From NCBI GenBank assembly GCA_016190665.1, contig JACPQD010000022.1, positions 20,296 to 84,295 of the forward strand: 64,000 nucleotides of DNA, read 5' to 3'. Of this stretch, positions 38,291 through 46,647 are shown piece by piece. The position numbers and the translations under genes were made by a program. The notes beneath the pieces are model-generated. The model saw only the letters and a list, made by a program, of their open reading frames with translations, was not told where the DNA came from and ran no database searches. The stretch is from Chloroflexota bacterium. Its GTDB lineage: Bacteria; Chloroflexota; Dehalococcoidia; JACPQD01. The number at the start of each line of letters is the position of its first letter. Position 1 is the stretch's first letter.

Positions 38291-39976
38291 GTGAAATCCA
38301 AGATATCAAGGACTGTTCTGAGTTGCATAAGCGCTTTCTGGCTTCTCCTGACAAGCTGCGCATCTCCTGCGGCCCCCACCCTGCCGTCGCCAACTCCAAA
38401 GGAGGCAGCAACCGCGCCTAAGCCAACCATCGCCGCCACCACCCCGACCGTTACCCCAAAGCCGGCAGCCGATCAGCCCAGGTATGGTGGTATCCTGAAT
38501 ATTGGCCATTATGCCGACCCAGCTACGTACGATCCAATCCAGGAGAGTTCGCTTCAGTCAGAGTCGTTGATCGTTCCCTCCTACAGCGGCATCGTGCAGC
38601 ATGATCCGCTGGAGCCCACGAAGGTCGTCGGCGACCTCGCACATAAGTGGGAGACAAGCTCGGACGGCAAAGTCTACACCTTCCATCTTTACAACAATGT
38701 GAAGTGGCACGATGGGACTCCCTTCACCTCCGAGGATGCCCGCTTCTCTCTCGAGGTGGTGCGCAAGCCGCCGACAGGAGTTCGCAGTCCGCGTCAAGAG
38801 TGGCTCAAGGCTGTCGAAAGGACCGAGGCTCCAGACAAGGACACTCTCAAGATGACACTGCAGTATCCCAGCGCGTCCTTCCTCGACAATTTAGGTGACG
38901 GTCGGATGGTGATCGTTCCCAAGCACGTGTACGAGAGCAAGGGCAATATGAGGAGGGATGTGGTCGGGACAGGCCCCTACAAATTCAAGTCTTTCTCTCC
39001 AGGGGCAAGCTGGAGCGCTGCGAAGAACAGTGACTACTTCATCAAAGGCCGGCCTTATCTCGATGGCATAATCTGGTACATCATACCGGACTTGGCCACG
39101 CGTTTTGCCGCGCTACGCACACACCGAATCCAGGTGACTCCTTTCGGTACCCAGGGATTGACGCCCTCCCAGTCCGAGATAATCCGTAAGGAACTGAGCG
39201 ACAAGATCATTGTCCAGCGATGCTCTTCTCCAGGCTTCCTGTCCTTCAGAATGCCAAATACGAAGGCTCCATGGAGCGACCTTCGGGTTCGTCGTGCCGT
39301 GGAGTTGACTATCGACCGGCCCAAGGTGATCAAGGTAGCGATGGAAGGCGTAGCCGACGTTGGCGGCTTCATGCCTCCAGGCGAGTGGAGCCTCCCTGAC
39401 GCTGAGCTCTTGAAGATGCCTGGCTTCCGTCAGACTAAGGATGCCGACATCGCCGAAGCGAAGAGGTTCATGGCAGAGGCTGGGCACGCTCGAGGAATAA
39501 AGACCACTACCGTCACCAGAAACGTCGCCATCTAGGAGAGGGCTGCTCTGATCGTAAAGGAGCAACTGGCCCAAATCGGGATAGAGATAACGGTTAGCCT
39601 CAAGGACCAAGCCACAATGTACGACCTTACATTCAGTCGAAACTTTGAGAGCGCCGTTTTTGGTCACACCGCCGGCTACAGCGACCCCGATCAAGTACTT
39701 GGCGAGTCCTTCATTACTGGAGTCCCTTACAATTTTGAGGAGTTCAGCGACGAGAAGTTTGACAAATGGTATGAGGAGCAGGCCCGCACCACGGACCCGG
39801 CGAAGCGCAAGCAGATGGTACTGGATATGCAGCGCAGACTCCACGAACTGGTGCCTTCCTCCATACTGTTCTGGTATGCCTACGAGTTCGCCAACTGGAA
39901 GGAAGTGAGCGACCTCAAGCCCGGCATTGGGCCTTACAACAACCTCAAGTTCCAGAATGTGTGGCTGGCGAATTAG
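38291..39976 (+). pseudogene. Family-5 SBP lipoprotein interrupted by a single in-frame TAG (39533..39535)
   Basis: ORFs 38291..39535 and 39617..39976 are in the same frame. Sequence after the TAG continues the family alignment (ERAALIVKEQLAQIGIEI...NVWLAN). The TAG aligns with a Tyr in the paralogue at 5..1711. Confidence 0.7.
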
Positions 39977-40131
39977 ATGGTGGCTCTTTTCTGCCTGTCT
40001 GGAGGATGAACGCCGTTGAGCAACAATTGGATTGATAAGTAAGTGACGACAGTGTGAGCTGCAAGAAAGACTTGGACTCAGAACGATGCGAAATGACAGG
40101 GAAGGAAGTAGGGCCAAAAGGAGGAAACTGA

Positions 40132-41097
40132 ATGCTGGAACGAACCGATGCTATTAGACTCATAGTAGATGTTTGCATTGGGGTCAAGCCAGAGGAGGAC
40201 TTTCTGGTGCTGGCTGATGAGTATGCCCGCTCCAGGGCGATTGCAGAGGCCGTGGCTAAGGTGGCCCGGGAGCGCGGAGCCAAAGTGGTTTACATGGTCG
40301 TCCCGCCGAAGCAGAACGCTGCTGAGGAGCCTCGCAAGACCACTGCAGCAGCGATGATGGCGGCTGACGCTGTGTTTGGTGCGGGCGAAAGAGTAGTTGT
40401 AAGTTCAGGACACAATTCCCTTCGGGAGGCGCTGGTAGCAAACGGAATCAGCGTATATGGCACGCTCGGCCTGTCAGAAGACTACCTGCGTAGACCCTTT
40501 TCCGAGAGGGACATCATGGAAATGAAGGAGCGCACCGAGCGAATAGCTGAGCTATATACTCTCGCTGACACTGTCACGCTTGCGACGCCGCACGGAACTG
40601 ACCTCAAATTCAGCATCAAGGGACGGCGCGGCGCGGTCATGCATCCCATCAGCGGCGTCCTCGTGCCAGACTACGCTGAAGCTCCCGTGGCCCCTGTGGA
40701 AGGAACGGCGAATGGCGTGCTGGTTTTCGACGGTGAGATGGACGGCTGGGGGTATGTGCTTTCAGAGCCGCTGGTCGTCACAGTGGCCAAGAGCAAAGTG
40801 ACCGGTATTTCGGGGGCCCCGGAGGACGTTGAGAGGCTGAGACAGGTAGTCTCCATCGACAGAGACGCCGGTACCATAGGCGAGTTTGCCATAGGCACCA
40901 GCCACACGGTCCCACAAAGGCTAAGCGGCACCCGGTATGACTGCGCCATCCTTGGGACCGCCCACATCGGGTTAGGGAGGAACACTCTACTCGGTGGCAA
41001 GAGCATGAGCAAGAGTCACCTGGATGGGGTCATGACTAGCCCGACTGTGGAGCTTGACGGCAAGGCGATTGTAAAGGACGGAAAGGTCTTGGTGTAG
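40132..41097 (+). CDS. M29 aminopeptidase-T / NicX-like metalloenzyme-fold protein
   Basis: 321 aa. AAGGAGG RBS. C-terminal GTAHIGLGRN...SKSHLDGVM pattern recalled for the aminopeptidase T (COG2309) fold. Confidence 0.6.
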   Translation: MLERTDAIRLIVDVCIGVKPEEDFLVLADEYARSRAIAEAVAKVARERGAKVVYMVVPPKQNAAEEPRKTTAAAMMAADAVFGAGERVVVSSGHNSLREALVANGISVYGTLGLSEDYLRRPFSERDIMEMKERTERIAELYTLADTVTLATPHGTDLKFSIKGRRGAVMHPISGVLVPDYAEAPVAPVEGTANGVLVFDGEMDGWGYVLSEPLVVTVAKSKVTGISGAPEDVERLRQVVSIDRDAGTIGEFAIGTSHTVPQRLSGTRYDCAILGTAHIGLGRNTLLGGKSMSKSHLDGVMTSPTVELDGKAIVKDGKVLV

Positions 41098-41183
41098 TGT
41101 CTTTGACAGTTCGTTCGCTCGCTTGACCCTTGGGAAGAATGGCTAGTAGGGCACCGTTGCGCCTCAGTTAGAGGAGGTCTGGG

Positions 41184-42845
41184 ATGAACCGTCTTCTTGT
41201 CTCCCTGAGTTGTCTGACTGTGCTCGGACTGCTGGTGGGCTGCACCCCGGCCGCAGCCCCCGCTCCCACGGCCAAGGCGCCGGCAGCGGAAGCGCCGAAG
41301 GCGCCCGCCCCAACCCCCAGCCCCCAGCCCCCAGCCCCCACGGCCCGTCAGCCGCGTTACGGCGGCGTCCTCACCACCTCCATGTACGCCGATATTCCTA
41401 GCCTCGATGTGCACCAGGAGAACACCTTCTTGATGAACGCCGTGCAATCGGCCTACAACAACGTCGTCCAATACGACCCCAACGACCCGCAGAAGATAAT
41501 CGGCGACCTGGCGGAGAAATGGGATGTCAGCGCCGACGGCCTGACCTACACTTTTCTACTGCGCAAAGGGGTGAAATTCCACGACGGCCGGGAGCTCACC
41601 GCCGAGGACGTACGGTATAGTCTGGACAGGCTTTACAACCCGGGCCCGGGCATCCGCAGCCCCATGAGGGACAACCTGCGCGCCATAAGCGCTTTGGAAG
41701 CCTCAAGCAGCGAGACCTTGAAGGTCACCCTCAAGTTCCAACACGCCGCCTTCCTCGATGGCCTGGCGAACGGCCAGATTGTGGTCTATCCCAAGCATGT
41801 AGTCGAGGCCAAAGGGCACATGAAGAACGACGTGGTGGGCACCGGCCCCTTCAAATTCAAGGACTACGCCAGCGGGGTCGCCTTCGAGGTGGTCAAGAAC
41901 CAGGATTATTTCGTCCCCGGCCGGCCCTATCTGGATGGCATCAAGAACTACATCGTCAAGGACGACGCGGCGCGGCTGGCCACCTTTCGCACCGGGCAGA
42001 TCAAGTTCATGGGGCCGCTGATAAGCAACTCCGGGATAAAACCGTCGCAAGCCCGCGTCATCGAGAAGGAGATGCCCAGCGCAAAAATCTACCGGTTCAA
42101 CCCCCTGGCCAGCCGCTGGTTCGAGATGGTGACCAACAAGCCGCCCTTCAACGACGTGCGCCTGCGCCGGGCCATGAGCCTGGCCCTCGACCGCCAGACG
42201 GCCATCAAAGTGCTGGTGGAAGGGGAGGGGCAGATTGGCGCCCATTTCACCCCCAGCCAGTGGGCGATACCGAAAGAAGAGCTGGAAAAGCGGCCCGGCT
42301 ACCGGCAACCCAAGGACGCGGACATCGCTGAGGCGAAACGACTGATGGCCGAAGCCGGATTTGCTAATGGTCTGAAGACCCGTATCCTCGCCCGGGCCGG
42401 CAACACCGAGGATGTGGCCGTCTTCTCCAAAGAGCAACTGGCGAAGATTGGCGTCGATCTGGAGATTATCGTCCGTGAGAGCTCGGTCTTCCTGGCGCTG
42501 CTGACCCAACACGTCTTCGAGTCGGTGGCGCAGCCCATCGGGCTGCGGACCGACGACCCGGACCACATGAGCCGGTATTTCCATAGCCAGGGCGCCATGC
42601 GCTTTATGGCACTTGAAGACAAGGCAGTCGACGACCTCTACGCCAAACAGGCCAGCATCCTCGACGTGGCGGAGCGCAAGAAGGTCCTGCGCGAGCTGGA
42701 GGAGAGGCTCTTCGAGCTGGCGCCCAGCGCCGTCCTATTCTGGACCTTCGGCATCATGGCGAGCTGGCCGGAGGTGGAGGACTTCAGGCCGGGCATCAGC
42801 GTCTATAATAACAACAAATATGCCCACGTCTGGCTGGCGAAGTAA
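41184..42845 (+). CDS. Family-5 ABC substrate-binding lipoprotein
   Basis: 553 aa. Lipobox LLVGCTP. Ends HVWLAK. Confidence 0.9.
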   Translation: MNRLLVSLSCLTVLGLLVGCTPAAAPAPTAKAPAAEAPKAPAPTPSPQPPAPTARQPRYGGVLTTSMYADIPSLDVHQENTFLMNAVQSAYNNVVQYDPNDPQKIIGDLAEKWDVSADGLTYTFLLRKGVKFHDGRELTAEDVRYSLDRLYNPGPGIRSPMRDNLRAISALEASSSETLKVTLKFQHAAFLDGLANGQIVVYPKHVVEAKGHMKNDVVGTGPFKFKDYASGVAFEVVKNQDYFVPGRPYLDGIKNYIVKDDAARLATFRTGQIKFMGPLISNSGIKPSQARVIEKEMPSAKIYRFNPLASRWFEMVTNKPPFNDVRLRRAMSLALDRQTAIKVLVEGEGQIGAHFTPSQWAIPKEELEKRPGYRQPKDADIAEAKRLMAEAGFANGLKTRILARAGNTEDVAVFSKEQLAKIGVDLEIIVRESSVFLALLTQHVFESVAQPIGLRTDDPDHMSRYFHSQGAMRFMALEDKAVDDLYAKQASILDVAERKKVLRELEERLFELAPSAVLFWTFGIMASWPEVEDFRPGISVYNNNKYAHVWLAK

Positions 42846-42875
42846 AAGCCACCCGATACAGTTGCACGATGGTGA

Positions 42876-43337
42876 AGCCAAAGTAGGACAGCAACGACCT
42901 GTGCAACGCTGAAGAGCAACCTTCTCCGGCGCACACCATCCACGGCGCTTATCGCGAAGTTGGCCATCGTCCCGCTGGAACAACAGTTCACCTCCGCCAT
43001 TACGCTCCGTGAATTACTGTACGGGGCGTACCGCTTGGGAACACAGTCAGGAACGCTCCTGGAGCGACTGGAGAAGACACTGCTGCGAAACCTGCCTGTC
43101 ATACCCTTCGATGCTGAAGCCGCATATACATATGGGGAAACCAGAGGGGAGTTAGAGCGACGCGGGATTGTCATAGGGGATGCCGATCTACGTATTGCCG
43201 CCATCGCTCTGGCGAGACATCTCACCGTAATTACCGGAAACGTCCGTCGCTTCCAGCGAGTACCGGACTGCCGGTGGAAAACTGGCTGGATCTCTGAAAT
43301 ACGCACCCGCTCTCAGGCGCAATTCCCGGCAACGTAG
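42876..43337 (+). pseudogene. vapC: 5'-truncated PIN-domain (VapC-like) toxin remnant without antitoxin
   Basis: The TSAITLRELLYG ... GDADLRIAAIALARHLTVITGNVRRF core is present. The N-terminal LDTNV-type Asp segment is missing because the frame opens only 30 nt after the SBP stop. No VapB-like ORF lies upstream. Confidence 0.5.
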
Positions 43338-44560
43338 CCTGTTGTCCAACAAAGCTGCAAGGAGAATCCGCCTGAAGACCGGCTCACATTCAGTAGATCC
43401 CCTACTATATATAGATTACTGAAGAGCTTCGACCTCATTGTCCTGGTGTCTATCTCCGAGAGAGACACACCTCCGTCGGAGACAACAGCCCGGTCATACC
43501 CCATCAGGCCGGTTATCGTCACCGGTAGAGCCTTCAGCAGACTGACTATTCTCTTGCGATCTTCCTTGGAAATACTATGCACTTTGGAATCGAGATCTAT
43601 GTCAGCTAGCAGGGTTTGAACGCCCGAAGATGTGCCCGGCGGCGCGATATCCTTGAGAACAGTCTTCAAGGTCTTGTTCTTGTTGCTGTCGAAAACACTC
43701 ACGGCATTCCTGTCCAGCGCTCCGAGGTCCGTGTCAGGAAAGGCGTCGATCTGTGCCGTTACCTGACCATTTTGCAGCAAATCCTTGACTTTGCTTGCGG
43801 AGTTCAGTATCAGCGGCCCGGAGAGACCAAAATGAGTGAATAGGACCGTCCCGGCCTTCGAAAACTGCTTCTTACCATCGAGAAAGAAGGTGATTTTCAT
43901 AATCGGAAGCGAGACGCCCCGAAGCATCTTCACCCATTCATCGCTTACTTCCAGAGGGACCACGGATGGGGCGGGATGTGTTATGGAATGCCCCAGTTCT
44001 TTGAGCCACAGGAATCCATCGCCGGTTGACCCGGTCTCCGGATGAGACAGCCCGCCGGTCGCCAGGATGAAGGATTTCGCGCACAACACTCCCACATCCG
44101 TCTCGACGCCGGTCACAAGTCTATCTTGATGGACCAGTCTTCTGACCGCGCACCCCGTTTTGCATTCCACGCCAGCCTTTTCAAGATGTTTCCTGAGCGC
44201 CAGCACTACATCGGTGGCTCTCTCGGAAGCAGGAAAAACCCTGCTACCGGCCTGAACTACCAGAGGCAAGCCGATGGATTCAAAAAAGGAAAAGGAATCC
44301 TTGACTCCGAACTGAGCAAACGGAGAGAACAGGAACTCCTTGCCGGTCCCGTAGTGCTCTAAAAACGCCCCCGGCTCGAACTCAGCATTGGTGATATTGC
44401 ATCTGCCGTTGCCGGTGAGCTTGAGTTTTTCACCAAAGGTCCTGTTCTTCTCAATGATCAGCACTCTTTTCTTGCGCCGCGCCGCTTGCCCGGCGGCCAT
44501 CATGCCGGCGGCACCGCCGCCAATGACAATCACATCAAAAGAGCCCTGATGAGTATCCAT
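43313..44560 (-). CDS. HI0933/BaiN-like FAD flavoprotein (aminoacetone-oxidase family)
   Basis: 415 aa. FDVIVIGGGAAGMMAAG and LTGNGRCNITN motifs. Confidence 0.85.
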   Translation of the reverse strand: MDTHQGSFDVIVIGGGAAGMMAAGQAARRKKRVLIIEKNRTFGEKLKLTGNGRCNITNAEFEPGAFLEHYGTGKEFLFSPFAQFGVKDSFSFFESIGLPLVVQAGSRVFPASERATDVVLALRKHLEKAGVECKTGCAVRRLVHQDRLVTGVETDVGVLCAKSFILATGGLSHPETGSTGDGFLWLKELGHSITHPAPSVVPLEVSDEWVKMLRGVSLPIMKITFFLDGKKQFSKAGTVLFTHFGLSGPLILNSASKVKDLLQNGQVTAQIDAFPDTDLGALDRNAVSVFDSNKNKTLKTVLKDIAPPGTSSGVQTLLADIDLDSKVHSISKEDRKRIVSLLKALPVTITGLMGYDRAVVSDGGVSLSEIDTRTMRSKLFSNLYIVGDLLNVSRSSGGFSLQLCWTTGYVAGNCA

Positions 44561-44638
44561 TACCGAAAGGATAGCATAATAAGCCTCTCACTTCATTGTT
44601 GGGTCTGCGGGGAGGCAATTTGAACGAGGTGAACTTCG

Positions 44639-45676
44639 ATGCTACAATTCCAGGCAATGGCTAATTATCCTGAGCCGTTAAGAAAGCTTGCCTCTGTCAT
44701 TGTTATTCTCACCGGAATCCTGGCAGTGGCCTTTGGCTTGTCCTGCTCACCTGAAGGCTATTCAGGTCCGGCGGAATCGATCACTATCGGGGTCCCATCC
44801 GCAATTGGAACGGCCACGTACCTTAATATTGCCCAGGAGCAGGGCTTCTTCGGCAGAAATGGTCTTAACGTAACTGTAAGGGGCTATCAAGAAGGGCTGA
44901 ACGCACTCGACGGGTTGTTGGCTGGCGATGTGGACGTCGCGGGGGCAGCCGAATACCCCGTTGTCGGCAAGGCGTTCAACAAGGATGGAGTCCGCATTAT
45001 CGCGGGCCTCGACAAAGGGGGGACATTCTTCCTTACGGGCCGAAAGGACCGCGGAATCGAAAGTATCGCTGACCTCAAAGGGAAGCGAATCGGCGTTACC
45101 GCCCGGACGATTAACGAGTTCTATCTTGGCCGGCTGCTCAATCTGAATGGCGTACAGATTGGGGATGTAACCCGCGTTAATCTTACGTTGGCACAACTGG
45201 AGGACGCTCTTGCGGGCGGCAGCGTTGACGCGGTCATGAGTCGTGAACCCTTCCTGAGCAGTATCAAAAAGCGATTAGGCGCCAACGGCATAGGCTGGTC
45301 GGCCCAAAGCTATCAGCCGACCTACGGGCTTCTGGCTTCCCGGGACGACTGGATAACTCAGCACCCGGGACTGGTCAAGCGATTCCTGAAGTCCCTCGCC
45401 CAGGCAGAGGAGTATATCGTCAGGCATCCCGCCGAAACAGAGGCTATGGTGGAAAGAATCTTGAACTATGATAAGGAAGCCGTCGCAAGCCTCCGGCTCG
45501 GGTTGCAGTTCTCATTATCCCTTGACCAGTCGCTCATCGTCGCCATGGAAGACGAGGCCCGTTGGATGATAGACAATAATCTCACCACCGAAAAGCTGAT
45601 CCCTGATTTCGTGAATTACATATACGTGGATGGTCTTAAAGCAGTGAAGCCGGGCGCGGTGAACATTATTCGGTGA
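44639..45676 (+). CDS. NMT1/SsuA-like ABC substrate-binding protein (sulfonate/nitrate/taurine type)
   Basis: 345 aa. Membrane anchor/lipobox-like LSCS. SsuA-like two-lobe pattern (LKGKRIGV...). Confidence 0.75.
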   Translation: MLQFQAMANYPEPLRKLASVIVILTGILAVAFGLSCSPEGYSGPAESITIGVPSAIGTATYLNIAQEQGFFGRNGLNVTVRGYQEGLNALDGLLAGDVDVAGAAEYPVVGKAFNKDGVRIIAGLDKGGTFFLTGRKDRGIESIADLKGKRIGVTARTINEFYLGRLLNLNGVQIGDVTRVNLTLAQLEDALAGGSVDAVMSREPFLSSIKKRLGANGIGWSAQSYQPTYGLLASRDDWITQHPGLVKRFLKSLAQAEEYIVRHPAETEAMVERILNYDKEAVASLRLGLQFSLSLDQSLIVAMEDEARWMIDNNLTTEKLIPDFVNYIYVDGLKAVKPGAVNIIR

Positions 45677-45832
45677 AATGCGACACCGTCGCCAACGAAG
45701 GGTGGCATGGCCTGGCGGGGAACGTCAAGACCTTTTTATGGCACCGGATCGAAGAACAACACGGTAATAGGGTGGCTGTCGCCTTGACACGCTATTTTCG
45801 TGGTAGCAGGCATGGCATCACGCGCGAAGTGG

Positions 45833-46162
45833 TCAAGCGTTTCCCTTCATCGTCCTCCGTATCTTGGCTGCCTGCTCCATATGCACGCGCCCGTGGTCGA
45901 CGTAGTGGGAGACGCCCTTCGTGCGGCCCTCCTCCCACTTGCGGTCGTGGGCCAGGAGGTGCTCCAGCATCTGCCGGAGAGACCACTCTCCCGGCTCCGG
46001 CTCCTTCTCCCAGAGGTGAGCGCCCAGCCGGGCCGCCTCCTCGGAGAGACAGGCGCGGACTTCTCTGAGGCCTTCGATCACTGCGCTGTCCGCCTTGAAC
46101 TCGCCCACCAGGGCGACGTGGGCCTCGTCCAAGTGCCTGAATAGTTCCGTCCACGGCGCCAT
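45833..46162 (-). CDS. DinB-superfamily-like small protein
   Basis: Start moved to MAPWTELFRHL (AAGGAGG RBS). WSLRQMLEHLLAHD helix typical of DinB_2-like four-helix bundles. Confidence 0.5.
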   Translation of the reverse strand: MAPWTELFRHLDEAHVALVGEFKADSAVIEGLREVRACLSEEAARLGAHLWEKEPEPGEWSLRQMLEHLLAHDRKWEEGRTKGVSHYVDHGRVHMEQAAKIRRTMKGNA

Positions 46163-46444
46163 GTTTTGCCTCCTTAGCAGCTCCACGGCTGTCAGTCGAA
46201 TAGACGGAAGGTAGTATAACCGCCCCAAGACCCTATTGTCCAGTAAGGAGCGATTCCGACCGGCTCACGAGCCAGGTGGCCGCCAGGCCCTGGTTCACCT
46301 TGATGGGTTTCAATTGGGGATGGGGAAAAGCGAGGTCCCTGAAGAATTTTGGGCAGTGGTTGTGGAGGTGGCGCCCCGACGTGTCAGGTCGAGATTCGGG
46401 GCTCGCTTTTGCCTTGAGGAGCGGGATATCTGGCAGGAAGTGCA

Positions 46445-46477
46445 AGAGAGACGCGGTTTCAGAAACCGCGTCTCTCT
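46445..46477. terminator. Perfect 15-bp-stem / 3-nt-loop hairpin downstream of the DUF5667 gene pair
   Basis: AGAGAGACGCGGTTT-cag-AAACCGCGTCTCTCT. Followed by a second 10-bp hairpin CAGGGGGCGT...ACGCCCCCTG. No U-tract. Confidence 0.45.
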
Positions 46478-46647
46478 CAGGGGGCGTACCGATTCTGGCG
46501 GTGACGCCCCCTGATCTGCTTACCTTGCTCGGCCTGCTTCAGAGGTGCATGGTTGGGCCTCTGTGCCAGGTGAGTGTCGTCCCCGATCACGTACTCGGTC
46601 ACGACCCCATCCGCCCGGGGCCTCGGGCGTCGTTGCGGCCGCGCCTT

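Noticed and set aside
39533-39535. Pyrrolysine recoding of the in-frame TAG in the SBP gene
   Set aside because: No pyl genes are in the window and no known Pyl usage exists in SBPs. The column aligns with Tyr in a paralogue, so a nonsense mutation or base error is far more likely.
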